A DNA stretch of 20,000 nt from an uncultured virus (IMG/VR IMGVR_UViG_3300020180_000002) (Duplodnaviria > Heunggongvirae > Uroviricota > Caudoviricetes): the IMG/VR virus record IMGVR_UViG_3300020180_000002; one strand, 5' to 3'. Positions 9,282-17,512 of the stretch are shown piece by piece (within the stretch, counting starts at the first letter, position 1; each line of letters opens with the position of its first letter). The position numbers and the translations under genes are program-made. Below the pieces are notes generated by a model. It worked only from the letters and a program-made list of their open reading frames with translations, was not told the DNA's origin and made no database searches.

Positions 9282-10862
9282 ATGCCAGCTTCAGCAAATA
9301 CAGTATGGGAATGCCGATCAACAGCAACCGCAGGTAATGTAAACGGAGGCGGATTTGTTACAGGCGCTAGTGGAACTGACTACAGTCAGCAAAATGCTGC
9401 ACAATACGCATTAACTGGAATAGCTAGTGTTGGTTCTGGAAATACTTTCTTAACAGCTTCAGCAGCAGCTGATATGGTTGGAAATTTTGCTAAAGCAGTA
9501 TCTGGAACTAATTTTACAGTTGGATGGTTTGAGATAACCTCAGTTTCTGCTGGAGTTTCAGTAACATGTGCAACAAATGCAGCAGCAGTTTCTATATGCA
9601 CTGGCGTTGGAGCTTCCGGCGTTATTAACATAGGCGGCTCTCTTTCTTTAGGATCTACTTTTGATGATGATGTATTTGAAGAATTTATAGGAGGTAATAC
9701 TTGCTGGGTAAGATCAGGAAACTACACACTAGGTGAGTCTATACAAATTGCTTCTGCAAGTGCTACTGGAACTGATCCTATCTTCGTTAAGGGGTACACT
9801 TCGACTAGAGGAGATAACCCTATTGTTAGTGGAACATCACAACCAGTAATCGCAATGGGAGCTTTTTCCATAACTTTACCAACTTTCTGGAATATTAATT
9901 ATATATCGTTTACTACAACAGCCGCTATTGGAATAAATATGGGTACAGCAACTACCTTGTTTCAGGTTAAATGCTTAAATACCTCCACAACGTCAGGAAG
10001 AACAGCTATCCAAGTTGGTCTTAGAAGTCTACTATCGTCGTGTGAAGTTGTCTGCCAAAACGGCACCGCAGTATTAACCTCGAATCTAGGACAAACAATA
10101 ACAGGATGTTACATACACGATTCTGCTACTGGAATTTCTATTGTATTCAATAGTACATTTGTTACTGACTGTGTAGTGGGAAGCTGCTCCTCAATTGGCA
10201 TAAGTCTAGGATCAAATTCTGCAGGAAATAATAGGATATTTAATACTACTATCAATGGGTCTTCTTTAAAACTCTCAACTGGAATAAATATGCCTGCAGC
10301 TGCTAGTCCAAATAATTCGTTTACTAATGTAACCATCAGCAGATGTGCCGTTGGAATATCTAAAACATCCCCAACACAAAATTCTAATCTTGATTTTAAT
10401 GTAAACTTTTTTGACAATACCGCTGATACCAGCAACTATACTAAGAGCAATACAGCACTAGCACTCAACCCTAATTTTGTTGATATTCTAGATCTTACTG
10501 GGACAATAGGAACATCAACAGGATCAGTTTTAACTGATACAGCAGCTGATTTTTCTTTGGTTGAAGATAATGTAGATTACCTAAGAGTAGTAAGTGGAAC
10601 AGGTGTAACGACTGGAATCTATTTAATTACATCACATACCGCCACAACACTGACTGTAAATAATGCACTTGGAACGTCATCTGCAGGAAATATTGTCTAC
10701 GTTGTGCCTACCGGACACAACTATGCAATAGGTCTAAATCTAAGAGGAAAAGGAACCCCGTCTACTTTCGGCAGTGACACGATAAACTATGCATATATTG
10801 GCGGAGTTTCAGTTAATACAAATATAAGCGCTGCCGGAGGAGCTTTTACATTTTTAGGATAA
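9282..10862 (+). CDS. tailspike-like protein with right-handed beta-helix region
   Basis: Repeating Asn/Gly/Ile/Cys strands (ITGCYIHDSATGISI, VTDCVVGSCSSIGISL, NNSFTNVTISRCAVGI); SD AGGAG. Confidence 0.65.
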   Translation: MPASANTVWECRSTATAGNVNGGGFVTGASGTDYSQQNAAQYALTGIASVGSGNTFLTASAAADMVGNFAKAVSGTNFTVGWFEITSVSAGVSVTCATNAAAVSICTGVGASGVINIGGSLSLGSTFDDDVFEEFIGGNTCWVRSGNYTLGESIQIASASATGTDPIFVKGYTSTRGDNPIVSGTSQPVIAMGAFSITLPTFWNINYISFTTTAAIGINMGTATTLFQVKCLNTSTTSGRTAIQVGLRSLLSSCEVVCQNGTAVLTSNLGQTITGCYIHDSATGISIVFNSTFVTDCVVGSCSSIGISLGSNSAGNNRIFNTTINGSSLKLSTGINMPAAASPNNSFTNVTISRCAVGISKTSPTQNSNLDFNVNFFDNTADTSNYTKSNTALALNPNFVDILDLTGTIGTSTGSVLTDTAADFSLVEDNVDYLRVVSGTGVTTGIYLITSHTATTLTVNNALGTSSAGNIVYVVPTGHNYAIGLNLRGKGTPSTFGSDTINYAYIGGVSVNTNISAAGGAFTFLG

Positions 10863-11092
10863 TAAATTATGGCAGGCGATTCACCTTATAAAACATTTAT
10901 AGATCTCTACAGCAATATCCTTAGTAAATATCCCAACGTTTACCTTTCCAATAACTTATACACAAAGGGCATATGATCAGGATTTAGCTAATAGTATAGA
11001 CGTTTAATAAGTATTTTATAAGTTCTACCTTCAATAATGAAGATGGACAACTAATAACTATCTCATAAAGAGACGTAAAAAAGGAAAATAAT

Positions 11093-12052
11093 ATGTCAGA
11101 TAATGCACCTTCTATTTCTAGTACACCAGCGCCAGCCGCAGTCGATTCTTCTAATTCAGATGTAACTTTAGCAGCTCCACATGAAGCAACAGAAGTTGCA
11201 GAAGCTGGAAATGAAATTGCTGAACAAGTTAGTCCTACAGAAGTTAAACAACCTACAGAGACTGAACTTAAAGCTGCTATCAAAAAATGGATGCTTAAAT
11301 CTCAAGGTAAAACACGAGAAGTAACATCAGAAGCTGAACTTGTACGTTTAGCTCAATTAGGCCTTGGTGCCCATGAAAAGTTTGAACAAGCTTCAACCAC
11401 TCGTAAAAAAGCTGAAGCTATTTTAGAACTTCTTCAAAAAGATCCATCTAAAGCTTTAAAATCCCTCGGTCATGATGTACGTAAAATGGCTGAAGAATAT
11501 CTTATGGCAGAAGCTCAAAAACAAATGATGACTCCTGAAGAACTCCAAAAATCTGAAATCATGGAAGAAATTAATCGTTTAAAAGCTGAAAAAGATCAGA
11601 TGCTTGCAGAACAAAGAGAAGAACGAATTACTAAACTTCAAGCTAAATATGAAACTGATATTCAAGATCAAATCATTAAAGCTATTGATCAATATAAACT
11701 TCCTAAAAATCCAAAAACAGTAGCAAGAATCGCTGATTACATGGCATCTGCTCTTCAAAATGGATATGAAGCTTCGCCCTTGGATGTAGCTCCTAGAGTT
11801 AGAACTGATTTAGAAGAAGAACATAAATCACTTTATAATAACTATGGAGTTGAAGATCTTATTAAACTTTTAGGTGAAAATAAACTTAAAGAAATTCGCC
11901 AATATGAAGTAAATAAGGTTAAAGCTAAGGCCCCAGCATCTCCAGTTAAAACAGATGCAGTTGCAACCCAATCTAGAGAAGATTCAAATAAACCTAAAAA
12001 AGGTTTAAGCATGGACGACTTCCAAAAAGAAATGGATAAGTATTTGAAATAA
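11093..12052 (+). CDS. capsid scaffolding protein
   Basis: Acidic low-complexity N-terminus, charged helical body, position upstream of the capsid gene, SD AAGGA. Confidence 0.75.
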   Translation: MSDNAPSISSTPAPAAVDSSNSDVTLAAPHEATEVAEAGNEIAEQVSPTEVKQPTETELKAAIKKWMLKSQGKTREVTSEAELVRLAQLGLGAHEKFEQASTTRKKAEAILELLQKDPSKALKSLGHDVRKMAEEYLMAEAQKQMMTPEELQKSEIMEEINRLKAEKDQMLAEQREERITKLQAKYETDIQDQIIKAIDQYKLPKNPKTVARIADYMASALQNGYEASPLDVAPRVRTDLEEEHKSLYNNYGVEDLIKLLGENKLKEIRQYEVNKVKAKAPASPVKTDAVATQSREDSNKPKKGLSMDDFQKEMDKYLK

Positions 12053-12080
12053 TTATATAACTCTCCTTTATATTAATTAG

Positions 12081-12114
12081 AAGGCGGTATACTAAACTAT
12101 ACCGCCTTTTTTTT
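12081..12114 (+). terminator. Rho-independent terminator after scaffold gene
   Basis: AAGGCGGTATA/TATACCGCCTT 11-bp stem plus T-tract. Confidence 0.85.
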
Positions 12115-12115
12115 A

Positions 12116-12144
12116 TTGACAAATGTATTTATATATGTTATTTT
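12116..12144 (+). promoter_or_regulatory. sigma70-type promoter for the cytochrome c gene
   Basis: TTGACA (12116-12121), 17 nt, TGn-TATTTT (12139-12144). Confidence 0.55.
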
Positions 12145-12182
12145 AATGAAATGAATAAATTATCTAAAAAGAAAAAACAATA

Positions 12183-12488
12183 ATGTTTAAATATTTATCT
12201 TTACTTGTATTCATATCAGCCTGCTCAGGCCCACAAGGGGAATCCACCCCTTATACAAGAGGTAAAGCTGTTTATAATTCCGAATGCACATCATGTCATA
12301 ATACTAATCCAGATCTAGATGGAAGCGTAGGGCCAGCCCTTAGAGGAAGCTCATACGCTTTAATCTATAATAAATTGATATTAGGCACGTATCCAGAAGG
12401 ATATACCCCAAAGCGTAATAGCAATTTAATGCCTAAATTCACAGGGTTATATCCAGATACCCCTGATTTATATTTCTACTTAAAATAA
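12183..12488 (+). CDS. lipoprotein mono-haem c-type cytochrome
   Basis: Signal peptide with lipobox ISA-C; RGKAVY..ECTSCH (CxxCH); GPAL motif; candidate distal Met in LMPKF. Confidence 0.88.
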   Translation: MFKYLSLLVFISACSGPQGESTPYTRGKAVYNSECTSCHNTNPDLDGSVGPALRGSSYALIYNKLILGTYPEGYTPKRNSNLMPKFTGLYPDTPDLYFYLK

Positions 12489-12704
12489 ATTTATATTTAA
12501 TAAGTATATTGTACCTAGAAATAGGTATATCGAACTTATTCTCTAGCTAATAAGGATGTTTAATAGACTACCCTCTAAAAGCTAACCTGAGAATGATACT
12601 TCAAAATAACAAAAATCATTGTAATTTAAGTTTGTGTTGAATCCAAACATTCAGCGAATTTAAAGCAATAAATATAAAATATTTTGAAAAGGAAAATATA
12701 AAAT

Positions 12705-15700
12705 ATGTCAACTCCAAATACAGTCAGTACACTGAACGGCCTTTTTAAATAATTTCTTGAATAGGTGAGGTTTAACCCCTCCTTGACATATATCATAGCG
12801 TATGATATAATGATCAAGAAAAGTATGTGAATTGCTGGAACTCCTGAAATACAGGACAATCAGCAGCCAAGCTGTAGAAATACAGAAGGTTCAGAGACTA
12901 GACATAAAAATTATCCAGATCGCTTAGCGAGTAGGAGATAAAGATGCTTAATAAAGATAAACGAAGTATGATATTAATGCTTATTTTAGGAGATGGAAAT
13001 TTCCATAAAAGAGGCAAAGATAGTTATACTAGCTTAAATATAGATCACGGCACGTCACAGGCTGACTACCAATCATGGAAAGCTCAATTAATTTCTAATA
13101 TTTTTAATAAAGAAATTAAAATGCGACAAGGCCACAAAGGTAAAAGTATCCAAGTTCAATTTACAAATAATGTATTTAGAGCATGGCACAAGTTTACCTA
13201 TCCTGCAAACAAAAAGGATATAGCTAGAATACTTCCATTTATTCGACATCCAGAACTTGCATTTGCCGTATGGCTCATGGATGATGGATATGTTGAACCA
13301 AGTATTTCTAAACTAGCAGATGGTTCTAAAAAGAACTATGGAGCTAGATTTAGATTATTTACTTGTGATCAATCAAATGAAACTCAAGAAATCGTTATCA
13401 AATGGTTAAAAACTAATTTTGATATAGATTCTAAGATTCATTTAGTTAATAGAAAAAAGGATAATAAAACTTATCCATTTATTAAGTTTAATCAAGCCGA
13501 TAGTTTAAAAATATGGGCAAAGATTAGAGAATTTATATTGCAATTTAAAAGTATGCAATATAAATTTAGATATATAGAAGATCTTTATCAATTTAAAATG
13601 TCACAGTGCATACCTAATAGTTAATTCTATTAGATGATATAGTCCATGCCCCTAGTAATAGAGGGAAATATACTAGTAATATTAACTAGTTAAACAGAAG
13701 GAAGTTTACGCTGACAAAATTGAAAATCTGATTCCAGATGGCGTTAAGTTACTAAAATTAGTACCTTATATCGAAGCTGCCAAAGAAATCGGTCGAAAAT
13801 AGTTGATTTTTATATTTAATTTCTTAAAGCTTGTAATTATACTAATTTACAACCACTTTAAGCAAAAGAAAATATAAGAAAATCAAACAAACTGCCGATT
13901 AAAAATTGCGATGTATCGGTGAAGGCTAATTCCTCTGATGAAGGATATGCTAATACCGAGGGCGAAAATAGTGTAATAGCTATGAAGTCCGTAACGCGTA
14001 GGTAATGAAACTCGAAAGAGAATATAAGTACCCAAGAGCCCGCAACACTAGAAATAGTGAAAATGTACGCTGAACTTACGGGAAACTGTAAGAAGTAGAG
14101 GATAAAAAGCCTTTACGATAACATAATTGAATTTGTATCATCAACCCGTAAAGTGTGCGGCCTAATATAACTTATAAGTTATAAGGAAAAATTAAATCTA
14201 ATTGACTTGGAGTTCCTAAAAGAGTATAATGACTCAATAGGATAACAAGGCGGAATAAGTGAAAAAACTTGCACAAGATATACCTCTTAGTAAATTAATA
14301 TCAGATTATTTAGAATTAAATAGCTGTTATAAGGTAGCTAAAAGAAATAATACAAGTGCAACGGCAGTAAAACGGCTTTTAAAAGAAGCCAGAGTGTTAA
14401 GGACTCAAAGTGAAGCTGCTTCTATAAGAAATAAAGAAAACACTGGGATATATGAAAAACTACATACCCCAGAAGTAGCAAAAAAAATAAGTTCATCTAG
14501 AAAAGGTCAACCATCTGCGTTTAAAGGTAAGAAACATACCGAAGAAAATAAACGAAAGATTGGAGAACGATCAAAACAGATGACAGGTGAAAGAAATCCT
14601 AACTATAAAGACGGTAAATATATAAGACGTCCTAGAGATTTTAAAATCCATGAATTTGCTCCTGTTAGAAATAGGACATTTCATAGAGATAACTTTACCT
14701 GCCATTACTGTAAAAAAGTAGGTGGACATTTACATGCACATCATAGATTACCATACTGGGTTAAACCAGAGGCTTTTTTAGATATAGATAATTTAGTAAC
14801 AGTTTGTTCTAAATGTCATTTTCAAAAAGCCCATAATGGTAGCTGGCATAGGTTTAATAAGAACCTAGTGTCAGATGCTCTTCTTATAAAATACTCACTT
14901 AACCGTGAACGACTAAATGATTTAACTCCAGATTAAATACCTGGAGATGCGATAGTCTGACCTTCCAATATAAATAAAATGGAAGAGAGAAACCCGAAGC
15001 GGTTTCTCCGCTCTAGAAATAGAGTAGTAACAAAGAAAGTGACAACTTTCACATGAACAAGGTGTAACGTACGCTGCTGCAGACTCAGGTGCTTTTTCTC
15101 TTGAAAACGCCGTAGCTGCTATCTTCAAAGACGCTCAATTAAACGGATCGCAAATGCTTATTCGTTCACAAATGAGCTATGAAGCTGCTGCACGTGCATC
15201 TAATGATAAAAAAGCTTTCGTAAAAGCTACTTCTCTCATGGTTCAAAACATGGTTAACTCAATGGCTAAACGCCTTGAAATTAGCTGTCTTTATGGACGA
15301 ACAAATATTGGTAAAATTTCAGCAACTTCAGGTACTGTAGGTACTAGAGTGTATACACTAGCTACTGCTAGCTGGGCTTCTGGTATCTGGGCTGGTTCTG
15401 AAAACATGCCTTTGGATGCAACTTCTCTTGCTGTTCCTACAGCATCTGGTGATAAGCTTAACGCGAATGCTCAAATTGTTGTAACTTCTGTAGACCTTAC
15501 TGCTCGTACAGTTTCGGTTTCCGGAAATGCAACCGATTTAACCGCAGTTGATGGTGCTATCGTCGCTGGTGCATTTTTCATTCCACGTGGATCGTTGTTA
15601 AACGACGTATTCGGCTTGGATCGAATTATCACTAACACTGGTACACTTTACAATATCGACGCCTCTGTATACGCTCTCTGGAAAGGGAACGTTTATAGTG

Positions 15701-16161
15701 CAGCTTCTGCAGCTCTTAGTTTCCAAAAGATTCTTGCTGCTGTTGCACTTCCTGTAGAACGCGGTCTTGATCAAGATGTAGTATGTATGCTTTCTCCTAA
15801 GACCTGGGCTAACATTAGTTCAGATCAAGCTGCTCTTCGTATGTATGATGACAGCTATAAGACAAGCAAACTTGAAAACGGCGCTTCTGAATATTGCTTT
15901 CACGGACAAAATGGTAAAATTGACATCGTCAGTTCTATCTATATCAAAGAAGGCGAAGGTTTCGTATTTCCTCCTAAACGATTGAAACGAATTGGCGCTA
16001 TGAACATCAGCTTCAAAATGCCAGGTCGCCAACAACAAGAAGATTTCTTCTTGGAACTTACAAGCTCTGCTGGGTATGAGCTCCGCGCCTATACTGATCA
16101 AACTTTATTTAGCGACTCTCCGGCTAGATTAGTTAAGATCAACAACATCGTTAATACGTAA
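12705..16161 (+). CDS. major capsid protein, spliced: join(12705..12746,13698..13793,14130..14149,15042..16161), 425 aa
   Basis: SD AAGGA plus ATG 12705; the four exons join in frame (1278 nt): MSTPNTVSTLNGLF|KEVYADKIENLIPDGVKLLKLVPYIEAAKEIG|NLYHQPV|QLSHEQGVTY..., continuing into the 15154 ORF; position after scaffold and capsid-like C-terminus. Confidence 0.88.
12783..12811 (+). promoter_or_regulatory. consensus sigma70 promoter within intron 1
   Basis: TTGACA, 17 nt, TGn-TATAAT. Confidence 0.75.
12944..13624 (+). CDS. LAGLIDADG homing endonuclease (two-motif type), intron-encoded
   Basis: Motifs LMLILGDGNF and FAVWLMDDGY; SD AGGAG. Confidence 0.88.
   Translation: MLNKDKRSMILMLILGDGNFHKRGKDSYTSLNIDHGTSQADYQSWKAQLISNIFNKEIKMRQGHKGKSIQVQFTNNVFRAWHKFTYPANKKDIARILPFIRHPELAFAVWLMDDGYVEPSISKLADGSKKNYGARFRLFTCDQSNETQEIVIKWLKTNFDIDSKIHLVNRKKDNKTYPFIKFNQADSLKIWAKIREFILQFKSMQYKFRYIEDLYQFKMSQCIPNS
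13794..14129 (+). mobile_element. group I intron 2 (336 nt, ORF-less, IA-like with P7.1/P7.2 insertion)
   Basis: Exon AAUCGGU pairs with guide GCCGAUU (13894-13900); P3 UUGCG (13906-13910)/CGCAA (14041-14045); P7 GCGUA (13996-14000)/UACGC (14066-14070); P8 CACUA-GAAA-UAGUG; terminal G14129. Confidence 0.9.
14202..14230 (+). promoter_or_regulatory. sigma70 promoter within intron 3
   Basis: TTGACT, 17 nt, TATAAT, ending 28 nt upstream of the HNH GTG start. Confidence 0.7.
14259..14936 (+). CDS. NUMOD3-HNH homing endonuclease, intron-encoded
   Basis: NUMOD3-like KGKKHTEENKRKIGE; HNH/zinc motif RDNFTCHYC..LHAHH..NLVTVCSKCH. Confidence 0.88.
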   Translation: MKKLAQDIPLSKLISDYLELNSCYKVAKRNNTSATAVKRLLKEARVLRTQSEAASIRNKENTGIYEKLHTPEVAKKISSSRKGQPSAFKGKKHTEENKRKIGERSKQMTGERNPNYKDGKYIRRPRDFKIHEFAPVRNRTFHRDNFTCHYCKKVGGHLHAHHRLPYWVKPEAFLDIDNLVTVCSKCHFQKAHNGSWHRFNKNLVSDALLIKYSLNRERLNDLTPD

Positions 16162-16185
16162 TTTAATTACGTTTTAAACATGTTT

Positions 16186-16216
16186 AAAGGGAACTAGTTA
16201 AACTAGTTCCCTTTTT
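16186..16216 (+). terminator. Rho-independent terminator after capsid gene
   Basis: AAAGGGAACTAGT/ACTAGTTCCCTTT inverted repeat plus T-tract. Confidence 0.85.
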
Positions 16217-16252
16217 AATATTTAAAACAATAGAGGTTAATTAGTATACCAC

Positions 16253-16281
16253 TTGACAAACACCCCAGGATATGTTATACT
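16253..16281 (+). promoter_or_regulatory. sigma70 promoter of GIY-YIG gene (probably leaderless transcript)
   Basis: TTGACA, 17 nt, TGn-TATACT; ATG begins 7 nt after the -10 box; no SD. Confidence 0.7.
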
Positions 16282-16287
16282 AAAAAT

Positions 16288-17118
16288 ATGAACTACGGAA
16301 TGATCTATAAAGTAACGAATAAAATTAATGGTAAAATTTACATAGGTCAAACTACAACCAAGCTTAAACGACGATGGAATATGCATAAAAGTGCATCCAG
16401 AAATAATAGAAGCAATTCTGCTCTACATTCATCCATATCAAAATATGGCCACATAAATTTTATCATTGAACCCATCTGTAGTTGCTTTAGTGAAGAAGAA
16501 CTTAATTTAAAAGAAATCTATTTTATTGATACTTTAAATTCTTTAGTTCCAAATGGTTATAATCTAAAATCAGGGGGCAATGCTGGTAAATGGTGTAAAC
16601 AAGCTATTGATGATATTAGTAAAGTTAGAAAACAGTTGGTTGCTCAACCAGAGCATAAAGCAAAAATCACCAAATATTTATTAGATTATAGAGCGTCCAT
16701 CGGTGAAGCAGCAAGTAAACAGCAATCTTCTCTATCAACTAGGGAATACTGGTCAACCCCTGGGAATAAGCTTAAAAAGGCTGACACAGAAAGTGCTAGA
16801 TGGAAAGAGTTAACAGATGAGCAAAAGACAACTCGTCTGTCTGGGTTTCGAGAATACTGGACAGAGGATAAGCTTAAAGAACATTCAGACAAAATGAAAG
16901 CCTTAAAGAGCTGGGAAAAATCCGGCTGTCTGTTAAAGGCACAAGCTGCTACCAGTAAGGCTGTTCGAGTAATTGAAATTTCTACACAAATAGAGCAAGT
17001 ATACAGCAGTAGGGCCAAGTGTACTAAAGCTCTTATGATAACCGCAAAAACTCTTATCGAGATTCTTAATGGCAGTAGATCTAACGAATACAAGGGTTAT
17101 CGTTTTATTCCTATGTAA
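16288..17118 (+). CDS. free-standing GIY-YIG homing endonuclease
   Basis: GMIYKVTNKINGKIYIGQT, RRW..H, ELNLKEIYFI, PNGYN; C-terminal NUMOD1/HTH-like segment. Confidence 0.9.
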   Translation: MNYGMIYKVTNKINGKIYIGQTTTKLKRRWNMHKSASRNNRSNSALHSSISKYGHINFIIEPICSCFSEEELNLKEIYFIDTLNSLVPNGYNLKSGGNAGKWCKQAIDDISKVRKQLVAQPEHKAKITKYLLDYRASIGEAASKQQSSLSTREYWSTPGNKLKKADTESARWKELTDEQKTTRLSGFREYWTEDKLKEHSDKMKALKSWEKSGCLLKAQAATSKAVRVIEISTQIEQVYSSRAKCTKALMITAKTLIEILNGSRSNEYKGYRFIPM

Positions 17119-17380
17119 TCACCCCCTTGGTTGTCAACCCCTTGGTGCTAATTAATAACAATTTTGCCATTTCGGGTTTAACTAGTTCCCTTTTTTATTG
17201 TGTAAATTATTAAATCTTCCTCACTACCAAAATGGGTATATTCAACCCTTTAAGAAATTCCTTTTATATTAATAACTTAATAAGTATAATATAAATAATT
17301 ACTTAACTTGTACTTCTCTACATGGTGTATAGATGTTGTAGCCTTACAGTCCTGTTTAAGTATATAAGGAAATCAATAAC

Positions 17381-17452
17381 ATGTCTAGAAGTCGTCTAGT
17401 TTTAACAGCAGCTACTCTTGACTCAGATACTATTATTCCTCCAGCGGCTTAA
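17381..17452 (+). pseudogene. 23-codon ORF with SD, probable truncated gene remnant
   Basis: AAGGA then MSRSRLVLTAATLDSDTIIPPAA*. Confidence 0.3.
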
Positions 17453-17512
17453 GCAAAAACCTATTGACCCCTGGAATACTTTTAAATATGCCAGGGTACA
17501 GGAAGATCATAA

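Larger units (their letters stand above)
12747..13697 (+). mobile_element. group I intron 1 (951 nt) in the capsid gene, with LAGLIDADG ORF between P7 strands (P8 loop)
   Basis: Exon ends in U, intron ends in G; P1 with U12746-G12759; P10 via 12753-12758; P AAUUGCUGGAA, Q AAUCAGCAG, P7 GACUA (12896-12900)/UAGUC (13640-13644). Confidence 0.92.
14150..15041 (+). mobile_element. group I intron 3 (892 nt) with HNH ORF
   Basis: Exon CCGU pairs with GCGG (14157-14160); P10 AAAGUGU with ACAACUUU; P3 UUAAAUC/GAUUUAA; P7 GACUA (14911-14915)/UAGUC (14953-14957); P8 CUCCAG/CUGGAG; terminal G15041; splicing rebuilds a Val codon GT|A. Confidence 0.9.

Noticed and set aside
14153..14160. Group II intron 5' end (GUGUG)
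   Set aside because: No reverse transcriptase or domain V recognised; the segment is explained as the P1/P10 guide of a group I intron.
12750..15042. Stop-codon recoding, frameshifting or inteins to explain the broken capsid gene
   Set aside because: The in-frame stops lie inside recognisable group I introns; other genes end normally; the nuclease ORFs are separate with their own starts and stops.
15154..16161. Capsid gene starting at ATG 15154 (335 aa)
   Set aside because: No SD, frame stays open upstream to 15043, and the intron-split exons give a coherent N-terminus with an SD at 12705.
17109..17137. Antisense promoter at the end of the GIY-YIG gene (TTGACA on minus strand)
   Set aside because: No acceptable -10 box at 17-nt spacing.
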